NCBI GenBank assembly: GCA_902773475.1
Contig: CACYEO010000086.1
Span: 1 to 13,165 of the forward strand
DNA from: an uncultured bacterium
GTDB taxonomy: Bacteria; Verrucomicrobiota; Kiritimatiellia; RFP12; UBA1067
Length of the DNA stretch: 13,165 nt
Direction of reading: 5' to 3'
Part shown: piece after piece, positions 1 to 6,816 of the stretch
Layout: every line of letters starts with the position of its first letter
How positions within the stretch are numbered: the first letter of the stretch is position 1
Notes under the pieces: model-generated
What the model saw: only the letters and a program-made list of their open reading frames with translations
Told to the model about the DNA's origin: nothing
The model's database searches: none
Position numbers and translations under genes: made by a program

Positions 1-173
1 GCAGCCGAGCACACTGTTCGCGAAGACGCAGTGCGCGAAGCGATCGCATCCGAAGGCAATCTTCCGATTGTCGAGCGATGCGACAGCGCGAGCGCAATGC
101 GCCTTCCCGGACGGGCGCATGGTTGGGTCTGTTATGGCCGCAGTTCCCGGGCGCAGAGGAACAGAAAGGGTTT

Positions 174-310
174 GAGTGTTTGAGTTGTGAGTGTTTGAGT
201 TGGAAATGTTGCCAGTGTGGAAATGTTGCCAGTTCCAATGTTGCCGGTGTGGGGAATGGGGAATGGGGAATGGGGTTTGATTTGGTGAAAATAAAAATAA
301 ATAAAAATAA
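174..310. repeat. Intergenic cluster of short tandem repeats upstream of the operon. The units are TGAGTGTTTGAGTTG x2, (T)GGAAATGTTGCCAGT x2 plus the variant CCAATGTTGCCGGT at a 17-bp period (201-248), GAATGGGG x3 (253-276), and an A-rich AAAATAAAAATAAATAAAAATAA tract (288-310).
   Basis: The repeats were read directly from the sequence. GC content is markedly lower here than in the flanking coding DNA. None of the repeat units is in a sensible reading frame. Confidence 0.8.
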
Positions 311-323
311 TTGCATAAAACCA

Positions 324-353
324 TTGACAACAGGAATAAAGAAATAGTATCAT
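324..353 (+). promoter_or_regulatory. Putative sigma70-type promoter with a -35 TTGACA at 324-329 and a -10 candidate TAGTAT/TATCAT at 345-353, giving a spacer of 15-18 bp. It is followed by an SD-like AAGGA at 372-376 and an ATG at 383.
   Basis: There is a perfect -35 hexamer and a near-consensus -10 in the AT-rich leader immediately upstream of the first gene, with appropriate spacing to the RBS and start codon. Confidence 0.4.
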
Positions 354-382
354 ACCCGCGTCGACCAAAATAAGGACAATCA

Positions 383-712
383 ATGCCTGCTGAAAACTAC
401 ATGAGTCTGGAAGAGGTTGCCGAATTCCTCGGCGTGACCTATCAGTTGATTTACAGGCTTGTTCGCTCCGGCGAACTGCCTGCGGCGCGTCTCGGGAAAC
501 TGTACCGCGTTTCGCGCGCCGATCTCGAACGCTATCTCGAATCCAGCAAGACCCCCGCCGCAGGCGGCGTGTGCAGCGTGTGCGGCACGGTCTACAAATC
601 GTCTGGGTCCCTCGGCAACGTCTGCAAGGAAAGCGGTTGCGGCGAGCCTATATGCTTCGACTGCTGGAACCGTCTCGGCATCCGCTATTGCAAAAAGCAC
701 GCCAAGAAGTGA
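383..712 (+). CDS. DNA-binding protein with an N-terminal excisionase/MerR-superfamily helix-turn-helix and a C-terminal Cys-rich putative zinc-ribbon or zinc-binding tail.
   Basis: The N-terminal sequence is MSLEEVAEFLGVTYQLIYRLVRSGELPAARLGKLYRVSRADLERYLE. This matches the excisionase-family HTH pattern (L-x-EEAAE-LGVS-x-TVYRL-x-GELPA-R-G-x-RI-x-DLE-YL). The C-terminus reads CSVCG..CKESGCGEPICFDCW..YCKKH, with at least 8 Cys. RBS AAGGA is 6 nt upstream of the ATG. Confidence 0.8.
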   Translation: MPAENYMSLEEVAEFLGVTYQLIYRLVRSGELPAARLGKLYRVSRADLERYLESSKTPAAGGVCSVCGTVYKSSGSLGNVCKESGCGEPICFDCWNRLGIRYCKKHAKK

Positions 713-765
713 GAAGTCCGTTTTAAACGCGATTCGTCGAACGAAAAAAAGAAAGGAACGATCAA

Positions 766-2589
766 ATGGGTCTCTTCAGCGACATCTGCCCGGACTGCGG
801 CGCCAGGGTTTCAAAGCGCGCCAGATTCTGTTCAAAGTGCGGGCGCGGCGCCCCCGACGGGTGGTTCAAGTGTCCGCAGTGCGGCAAATGGGCAGGCAAC
901 GATTCCAAGTTCTGCCCGCACTGCAACCATCCGCTTTTCCCCGAAGAACGCATAGATCTCGCGGGCGGGGTCTGGGCGCGCAAGCCCGGGGAATTCGCGC
1001 GGCGTTTCGAGCTTGACGACGTCCGATTCATCAAAGAGAACGGCCTGCTTGTGCAGGAGGGGACTGTCGCCGTGTTGCTCGACGGCGGGAAAGAGGTGAA
1101 AGAACTCGGCCCAGGCCGCCACCACCCGACTGGAACGCTCCGTTCTATCAACTGGTTCGGCAATCCTCCCCCGCGTTCGGCCGTCATGGTCGACGCCGGG
1201 GAATGCATATTCAGGGTTGATTTCACCGGGAACAATTCCGGCGTGGGCGAAGTCCGGTCTGCGCCGCTGCGCACCGCCGAGGAACTGGAAGTCGGGTGCG
1301 TCGCGGAGATCACGGTGCGTTTTGTCGCCGGCAGGGCGGATAAATTCGTGGCCAACGTCATGAAAGAGTCCAGATCCGTTTCTGCGAAGGACGTATGCGC
1401 GCTTCTGTACGAGAACGCTCTTTCGGCCGTGCGCGATCTGTGTACGCAATCGAAGATCGAGGATCTGGTGAAGGATCCCGAACGCCGCGAGCGGTTCGAG
1501 GACGGAATAACCCGCGCGCTGCGCGAGAGCATGAAAGACTGGGGCCTTGAAATCGTCCGTACCGGCGCGGTCGAATTCTACGGCGCCGCATACGAGGAAA
1601 TCCGCGCCAAATACGGGGAGCTCGAAAAGTCCCGCAGACTTGTCGAATTCGGGAAAGCCCAGATCGAGGTTCTCGCCGCCGCCGCCGACCAGGAAGCGGC
1701 GGAAGGCAAGCGGAACGCGCAGCGCGACCGGGAGATGGAGGAATATCTTGCGCAGCTTGCGCAGGAGAAGGAGCTTTCCGCGCTCGAACGCGACCGGGAG
1801 CTGCAAATCGCCAGGCGCGTTTCGCAGGGCGAGATTTCCGCCGCAGAGGCCAGACTCGCGGCCGCGCGCGAACTTGAAGAACACGCGAAGGCGATGACGG
1901 CGCTGGCGCACAAGCTGGAACTCGATCTGACGCTGCGCAACTACGACAGGGAGCAGCTTGTCGCCGACGCCGACAACAAGGCGAAGCTTTCGGCCATCGC
2001 CCGCGACGAACGCCTGAAAGACGAAAAACTCGACACCTCCGTCATGGGCGAGAAGCTGAGCCAGGCGAAACTGAACGACGAAATCGAAAGAATCCGCATT
2101 TCGCGCGAGCAGTGGGAGGCGATGATATGGCTTGATGTCCGTAAAAAGAAAGACGACATCAAGAACCAGGGCATGCGCGACAGGCTCGACATGTTCTCCG
2201 GCAGGGACGCGCGGGCCGTCGCAGCCGTCATGGCGCAGGAAGGCGATCCTTCCGTATCGAGTGCGATCCTGGGGCAGGAGGCGGAAGCGGCCCGCATGGC
2301 GCACGATGAAAACATGTCCAGGATCCAGGCCGGGATGACCGCCGAGCAGATTCTTGCGACTGGCGCCGCGAAGAGCCCCGACGCGGCCAAGGAGGCGTAT
2401 GCGCGCGCGGCCGAGGCCGGAGAAAAGGCGAACGGGAAGGTGCTGGAAGAGCGGCGCGGGATGGATGCCGAAATCCGGGCCGACCGCGACAAGACCGAAG
2501 GGCGTGTAATCGGCCTTGCCGAGAAGGCGGTCGAGAAAAACACCACTGTAGTCCAGGCGCCGGCGCCGGTCACCAACATGCAGCACTGA
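766..2589 (+). CDS. SPFH (band-7/flotillin-like) domain protein with an N-terminal double zinc ribbon and a long C-terminal Glu/Ala/Arg-rich coiled-coil.
   Basis: The N-terminus has two CxxC-x10-CxxC units (CPDCG..CSKCG and CPQCG..CPHCN). Next comes an SPFH-like core (LVQEGTVAVLLDGGKEVKELGPGRHHP ... GLEIVRTGAVEFY). The remaining ~330 aa are heptad-like E/A/R/K-rich sequence typical of flotillin C-termini. RBS AAAGGAA lies upstream. Confidence 0.85.
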   Translation: MGLFSDICPDCGARVSKRARFCSKCGRGAPDGWFKCPQCGKWAGNDSKFCPHCNHPLFPEERIDLAGGVWARKPGEFARRFELDDVRFIKENGLLVQEGTVAVLLDGGKEVKELGPGRHHPTGTLRSINWFGNPPPRSAVMVDAGECIFRVDFTGNNSGVGEVRSAPLRTAEELEVGCVAEITVRFVAGRADKFVANVMKESRSVSAKDVCALLYENALSAVRDLCTQSKIEDLVKDPERRERFEDGITRALRESMKDWGLEIVRTGAVEFYGAAYEEIRAKYGELEKSRRLVEFGKAQIEVLAAAADQEAAEGKRNAQRDREMEEYLAQLAQEKELSALERDRELQIARRVSQGEISAAEARLAAARELEEHAKAMTALAHKLELDLTLRNYDREQLVADADNKAKLSAIARDERLKDEKLDTSVMGEKLSQAKLNDEIERIRISREQWEAMIWLDVRKKKDDIKNQGMRDRLDMFSGRDARAVAAVMAQEGDPSVSSAILGQEAEAARMAHDENMSRIQAGMTAEQILATGAAKSPDAAKEAYARAAEAGEKANGKVLEERRGMDAEIRADRDKTEGRVIGLAEKAVEKNTTVVQAPAPVTNMQH

Positions 2590-2606
2590 AGCGGCGCTTG
2601 CAGGAA

Positions 2607-3923
2607 ATGACAGACGGAGACCATGCAATCTGCGGAAAGTGCGGCGCCCGCAACGCGGCGGACGCCAATTTCTGCATGTCGTGCGGCGCGAGGATGGTAA
2701 GCGCGCCGCCGTCTGGCGCACCGTCCGCCGCCCCTCCCCCGCCCGCAGCCGCCGCGTTCGCGCCGGCCGCGGTTGGCGAAGGCCGTCCCTGCCCGCCGCC
2801 AGGCGATTCCGCCGTGCCGTTCGTTTTCGCCGTATGCTCGCCGGATGCGTTCTGCAAAGGGCAGGCCGGCGTGTTCGTGCTGCGCTTCCGCGCGCTCGCA
2901 GACGTGTTCGAAAGCGTGTCATTCGCCCTTGTGCACGGGCGGGACGCGGTAAGGAACGCGGCGATAGACGGCCGTCCCGGAATCTGGGAGCACGAAGTGA
3001 TAATGGATGTGCAGCCTGAAACGCCCGGGCAGACCGGATTCGTTTTCGAAGTCCGCTGCCGGCGCGACGGATACGCTGATGACGAGTGGGAGGTCTATGC
3101 ATCCGCGCCGGTCATAGTGACCGTTGACGTCGCTCCGGTGGCGCAGAATCTGAACATAGACTTGGGCGGCTTGAACGTCATTGCCGGACAGTCCGACCGC
3201 GCGGCGGATTCAAAGGCGGTCAACAACCAGGTTTTCAACATATCTTCGTCTGCCGTGTTCGACCCCAATTCCCCGCGGTACAGGAAGGGTGTGCGGGCCG
3301 GGGACTGCAGGATGCATTTGAAATCCGCGCCGCGAAGGCTCACGCTTCATTCGTCTTCTTCTTCCAGGACGCTGCTTCTTCTTTCGAAGAATGAAATATC
3401 GTTCGGGCGCAAAAACGAAGCGACCGATGTGTCGATAAGGTGTTTCGGCGACGGTGGAGAATGCGATATCCCGTTATCCAAGATGGTTTCGCGCAGGCAT
3501 TTCGCCATATCCTACGACGGCATGGAATGCCGCATTTCCGATTTGGGATCGACGAAAGGCACGGTTTTCGACGGAAGAACGGTCGCGCCCGGAATGCCGA
3601 AAAGGATCAAGCCCGATGTGCGGCATTCGCTGACGGTCGCCATAATGCCGGACTTTTCCATGGATGCATATTGCGACCGTCTGGGCATAACGACGGGACT
3701 TTCGATAGACAGGACCGACGGTGCGCGGCAGCGCGTGTTCGCCGTGTGGCGCATGGGCGTGCCGGCCGGAAACGGCGGCGGGGAATTCGGCTGGAACGGA
3801 AAGTATTTCGTGTTCAGCCGCGCCGGCGGCGGCTGCAATCCGCTGCTGCCTGGAATGTCCGTTGAAATCGACGGAGAAACCTACGATGTGCAGGTGTACA
3901 ACCAGCCGTATGGAACGGAGTGA
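2607..3923 (+). CDS. Zinc-ribbon FHA-domain protein. It has an N-terminal CxxC..CxxC zinc ribbon, a Pro/Ala-rich linker, a beta-rich middle region of unknown function, an FHA domain (approx nt 3397-3650) and a C-terminal region of unknown function. The start may instead be the TTG at 2598.
   Basis: The ribbon is CGKCGARNAADANFCMSCG. The linker is PPSGAPSAAPPPPAAAA. The FHA signature is ISFGRKNEATDVSI...VSRRHFAISYDGMECRISDLGSTKGTVFDG (G-R, S-RRH-A-I, DLGSTNGT pattern). Confidence 0.85.
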   Translation: MTDGDHAICGKCGARNAADANFCMSCGARMVSAPPSGAPSAAPPPPAAAAFAPAAVGEGRPCPPPGDSAVPFVFAVCSPDAFCKGQAGVFVLRFRALADVFESVSFALVHGRDAVRNAAIDGRPGIWEHEVIMDVQPETPGQTGFVFEVRCRRDGYADDEWEVYASAPVIVTVDVAPVAQNLNIDLGGLNVIAGQSDRAADSKAVNNQVFNISSSAVFDPNSPRYRKGVRAGDCRMHLKSAPRRLTLHSSSSSRTLLLLSKNEISFGRKNEATDVSIRCFGDGGECDIPLSKMVSRRHFAISYDGMECRISDLGSTKGTVFDGRTVAPGMPKRIKPDVRHSLTVAIMPDFSMDAYCDRLGITTGLSIDRTDGARQRVFAVWRMGVPAGNGGGEFGWNGKYFVFSRAGGGCNPLLPGMSVEIDGETYDVQVYNQPYGTE

Positions 3924-3945
3924 AAAAACGAAAAGGAGAAACCGG

Positions 3946-4398
3946 ATGAAAATCACGAAAAAACTGGCGGCGGCATTCGTCCTTGCCGCGATCGCGGGAT
4001 GCACGACATGTCCCGTTTACAAAGTGAACGCAACGGCTGCGACGCCGGGAGCGGAAAACCTCGCGCGCGGGATAGCTTTCGACGTGAACGGCGGGCTGCT
4101 TGCAAAGGGGTATCCGATGCTCGCGCCGGGCGCCAGACTGAAATCCGGCCAGCGGCTCGTTGCGATCGACCTTGAGGTGGAACGGCGCGAAACGGCGTCG
4201 CTGGGCGACTGGCGCACTTACGAAGGCGTCGTGAGGGCGAGCGTGACCGACGGCGGCAAGCCCGCCGGAGCCGCCGAGTTCCGCGCCGGAGGGGAACGCG
4301 CCGACAACGAAACGGACGCCGAGCGCGGAGTGCGCGAGGCTCTTGCAAAGAGAGTCGGCGAATGGGTGGGCGGAGTGTCCGTCCCGGAAACCAAATGA
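3946..4398 (+). CDS. Small lipoprotein of about 150 aa with a signal peptide and a lipobox.
   Basis: The N-terminus is MKITKKLAAAFVLAAIAGC, with an n-region, an h-region and the lipobox IAG|C. A strong RBS AAAAGGAGAA lies 7 nt upstream. The six-frame ORF starting at 3721 is an upstream extension that overlaps the preceding gene. Confidence 0.75.
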   Translation: MKITKKLAAAFVLAAIAGCTTCPVYKVNATAATPGAENLARGIAFDVNGGLLAKGYPMLAPGARLKSGQRLVAIDLEVERRETASLGDWRTYEGVVRASVTDGGKPAGAAEFRAGGERADNETDAERGVREALAKRVGEWVGGVSVPETK

Positions 4399-4437
4399 CG
4401 ATTGCAGTCAAATGACATCCATAAAGGAGAAAACGCG

Positions 4438-5676
4438 ATGAAATTCCTTGCAGTATTCGCAATGGCCGCTGCCGCCGCAGGCGCTGCTTTCGCCGATTGC
4501 GGCAAATTCAACGATTTGGAAAAAGAGGCCGTGCGCAAGGCCGCCGCGGAAATCGCGGCGTCCCTGCGCAAGTCGGACAAGTGCTCCGGGCGCGCGGTGA
4601 CGCTGCTGCCCGTCAACGGCGACAAAGACGGATATGCGGAGCGTCTGCTCACCGGCGCGCTTGTCAATTCCGGCATGACGGTCGTTATGCCGAACGATGA
4701 AAACGACGTCCGTTTCAAGAGAATCCTCGCCAGCATCAAATGGGACGGCCGCCAGGTGAAACTTGGATCGGTGGATACGTCGACCGTGGACGAACTCGGA
4801 AGGCTCCGTTCCACGCAGGTGTTCATCGAGGCGGTTCTCGACATCAAGAGCGAAGAAAAATCCGCCAAGGCCGATTTGCACGTTCTTTCGTACGTGGTGG
4901 CCACAAAGTCGTATCTCGACGCCGCGAACGGGGTGGGCAATGCCGAGGCTCCGGCTGAGCCCCCTCCCCCGCCGCCGCGGAAAGCATGGACCGAAACCGC
5001 GGTGCAGAACGAGATCGTTCCGCTGCGCGTGAAGGTGGACACCCGCGCGAAAGACGCGGAATCGGAAGGCGTGGCCCGCCGGCTTGATACGGCGGTGCGG
5101 GGCGCGCTCGCGAAGCTCGGCTTCAGGCTCGCCGGAGAGGACTGCGACGCGAAAACCGTCGCGCTCGACGACGTCACCGTCACGCTCGACGTAGGGCGCT
5201 CCGTGTTCGACAAAGCCGGAGAATACGAAATCCATGAAGCCAAAGTTGACTTGTCCGCCGTAAAAAAAGCCGGCGCCGGAACCCTGCTCGTCGGAACGGC
5301 GGTGTTCGACGAACGCGGGGACCGCAAGCTCGGCAGCTTCGCGGCAGACAGGAGTCTCGCGGAGAAACTCGAAGGGCCGGCGGTGGAATGGCTCAAGAAG
5401 AACATCGTGCAGAACACCGTGAAGACGGCCGCCGTGCAGTTTGAAGTCCGCCTTGCAAAGCCGATTGCCGTCGCGGGCGACATGTCCGTCGTGGAAAAAT
5501 TCATGCAGCCTTTCGCGCTGCTCGGCGGCGTGCGGCTGTACAGGCTCGACGCGCGCGACGACGAAGCCGGCATGCTTCGGTTCTTCGTCGTGTACGAAAC
5601 GGAAAAATTCCCGGGTGGTCTGGTGCCGGCGTATTTCGCGTCCGCTCCCGAGCTTGGAGAACTGCTTGACAAGTGA
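4438..5676 (+). CDS. Secreted or periplasmic protein with a signal peptide and two repeated domains of unknown function. It is a paralogue of the next gene.
   Basis: The N-terminus is MKFLAVFAMAAAAAGAAFA|DCG, preceded by RBS AAAGGAG. The motif VTLLPVNGDKDGY...W (a CsgG/LpoB/TolB-N-like first-strand pattern) is present. There is an internal PAEPPPPPPRK linker. It aligns clearly with 5718..6812 (VTLLPVNGDKDGYAERL...FKRILASIKWD..LGRLRSTQVFIEAVL versus VAVLPVAGDRDRYIAGRL...FGEILKEIAWD..FGRLQAAQVLLTATV). Confidence 0.8.
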   Translation: MKFLAVFAMAAAAAGAAFADCGKFNDLEKEAVRKAAAEIAASLRKSDKCSGRAVTLLPVNGDKDGYAERLLTGALVNSGMTVVMPNDENDVRFKRILASIKWDGRQVKLGSVDTSTVDELGRLRSTQVFIEAVLDIKSEEKSAKADLHVLSYVVATKSYLDAANGVGNAEAPAEPPPPPPRKAWTETAVQNEIVPLRVKVDTRAKDAESEGVARRLDTAVRGALAKLGFRLAGEDCDAKTVALDDVTVTLDVGRSVFDKAGEYEIHEAKVDLSAVKKAGAGTLLVGTAVFDERGDRKLGSFAADRSLAEKLEGPAVEWLKKNIVQNTVKTAAVQFEVRLAKPIAVAGDMSVVEKFMQPFALLGGVRLYRLDARDDEAGMLRFFVVYETEKFPGGLVPAYFASAPELGELLDK

Positions 5677-5717
5677 AACCGCGGCGTTCGCGGATACAAA
5701 TGAAAGGATTGCAAAAA

Positions 5718-6812
5718 ATGAAAAAGACGATTTTGGCTTTGGTTCTGCCGTTGCTCTCCGCCGCAGCTTTGGCTTCCGGCGGGAGCGAAGATCTCATGCG
5801 CCAGACGGTTGATGCGGCGTTCAAGGACGTGCAGGACGCGATTGCGGCGTCTCCGGTTCCCGCCGGCGCGACCGTGGCCGTCCTGCCCGTGGCGGGCGAC
5901 CGCGACCGCTACATCGCGGGACGGCTCAAAAACGCCGTGACCGCGGGCGGGCGCAAGTGCGTAGAAGACAAGGACGATCCGGTTTTCGGTGAAATCCTCA
6001 AGGAAATAGCCTGGGACGAACGCAAAGAAGACATACTCGACCCGGCCACGGTGCAGAAATTCGGCAGGCTCCAGGCCGCGCAGGTTCTGCTGACCGCTAC
6101 CGTGCGCACCTTGGAATCGAACGAGCGATATTCGTTTTTCGAGTTCGAGCTGCACGCCACGGAAATCGCCACCAAACGGCATCTTTGGGGCGACGTGTTC
6201 GAAAAGCATCTCTACATGCCCGGGCTCGAGGACGCGGCCGGCGAGTCGGGAATCCCCGCGCCTCTTCGCGATGCGCTGGCGTCGGAAATGCGCGCGAAAA
6301 TCGAAGCGTCATTGAAAAAATCCGGGAAACTTTCGAACATCGGCAAAGTCGCATACCTCCCCCTTGCGGGCGACTCGAAGGGATACGTATTTTCGATAGT
6401 GCGCGATGCGGTTTCGTCCACGTCCATGTCGCTCGTCAATCTCGACGTCGCGACCCGCGGAGAAGCCCGCATGCGCCTGCGCGACAGGCGCGTCGCGGCG
6501 GATGCGCTTCTGAGCGGATCGGTGCGCGAGCTGTCCGGGAGCGTGGTCGAGGATTCGCCCGCCGGAAAGCGCTTCCGCTACCGCGCCGAGGTGCAGCTGT
6601 GCATCGAAGGGACCGACGGCGCCGCACTCTGGAGCGATACGATATCCATCGACGTCGAACGGGAAGAGGAACTCGGCATCTGGGGCAGACTGTGCAAACT
6701 GTTTCCGTCCCTTGCAAGCAAGCCGTGGCTTGCGGTCGTCGTTCCGGTCTGTCTGGTCCTGGGCGTCTTTGTTTTCATATCCGTCTTGCGCGGCATGACG
6801 CGCGTGAGGTGA
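5718..6812 (+). CDS. Secreted paralogue of the previous gene. It has a signal peptide, two VxxLPhxGDxxxY-type domains and a C-terminal transmembrane anchor.
   Basis: The N-terminus is MKKTILALVLPLLSAAALA with RBS AAAGGA. It has the motifs VAVLPVAGDRDRY and VAYLPLAGDSKGY. The C-terminus KPWLAVVVPVCLVLGVFVFISVL is hydrophobic. An alternative in-frame ATG at 5700 lacks an SD. Confidence 0.8.
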   Translation: MKKTILALVLPLLSAAALASGGSEDLMRQTVDAAFKDVQDAIAASPVPAGATVAVLPVAGDRDRYIAGRLKNAVTAGGRKCVEDKDDPVFGEILKEIAWDERKEDILDPATVQKFGRLQAAQVLLTATVRTLESNERYSFFEFELHATEIATKRHLWGDVFEKHLYMPGLEDAAGESGIPAPLRDALASEMRAKIEASLKKSGKLSNIGKVAYLPLAGDSKGYVFSIVRDAVSSTSMSLVNLDVATRGEARMRLRDRRVAADALLSGSVRELSGSVVEDSPAGKRFRYRAEVQLCIEGTDGAALWSDTISIDVEREEELGIWGRLCKLFPSLASKPWLAVVVPVCLVLGVFVFISVLRGMTRVR

Positions 6813-6816
6813 GACG

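Noticed and set aside
1-172. This is a possible 3' end of an upstream + strand gene, read in frame 1 (…AAEHTVREDAVREAIASEGNLPIVE… stopping at 172).
   Set aside because: The GC-rich composition of 1-130 suggests coding DNA. However, two frames are open, and no motif lets me choose a frame or a product. It is too short and ambiguous to call.
201-248. A sigma54 (-24/-12) promoter may lie within the GGAAATGTTGCC repeats.
   Set aside because: The GG…GC spacing in TGGAAATGTTGCC is about 8 bp, not the 10 bp of TGGCAC-N5-TTGC. The repeats fit better as protein-binding iterons.
174-310. A CRISPR array.
   Set aside because: The repeat units are only 8-16 bp and directly abutting or of 17-bp period, with no unique spacers of 25-40 bp. 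They are not CRISPR-like.
78-347. An 89-aa + strand ORF lies across the upstream leader. ORF 132..383 on the minus strand is similar.
   Set aside because: They lie entirely within the AT-rich tandem-repeat region. Their sequences (e.g. CLSCECLSWKCCQCGNV) simply read through the repeats. They have no RBS and no domain signature. This is most likely non-coding regulatory DNA.
832-3102. This is a 756-aa ORF on the minus strand. Several other long minus-strand ORFs are similar: 4218..6209 (663 aa), 6775..9963 (1062 aa), 9660..10838, 10872..11615 and 11263..12150.
   Set aside because: Their translations are low-complexity Arg/Ala/Pro/Ser-rich sequences with no recognisable motifs. They lie antisense to + strand genes that carry unambiguous catalytic signatures (Walker A, HRD, HExxH, caspase His/Cys). 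Long stop-free antisense frames are expected in 65% GC DNA.
3721-4398. A six-frame ORF extends the lipoprotein gene 225 nt upstream. Similarly, the ORF beginning at 4402 extends the next gene, and the ORF beginning at 10636 extends the metalloprotease.
   Set aside because: The extensions overlap the preceding genes and lack an RBS. Internal ATGs at 3946, 4438 and 10684 sit right after strong SD sequences, and for the first two they begin canonical signal peptides.
5679-5693. A short hairpin CCGCGgcgttCGCGG lies between the two paralogous secreted-protein genes. It could be a terminator.
   Set aside because: The stem is only 5 bp with no downstream U-tract. It lies 25 nt before the next RBS inside an evident operon, so it is unlikely to be a functional intrinsic terminator.
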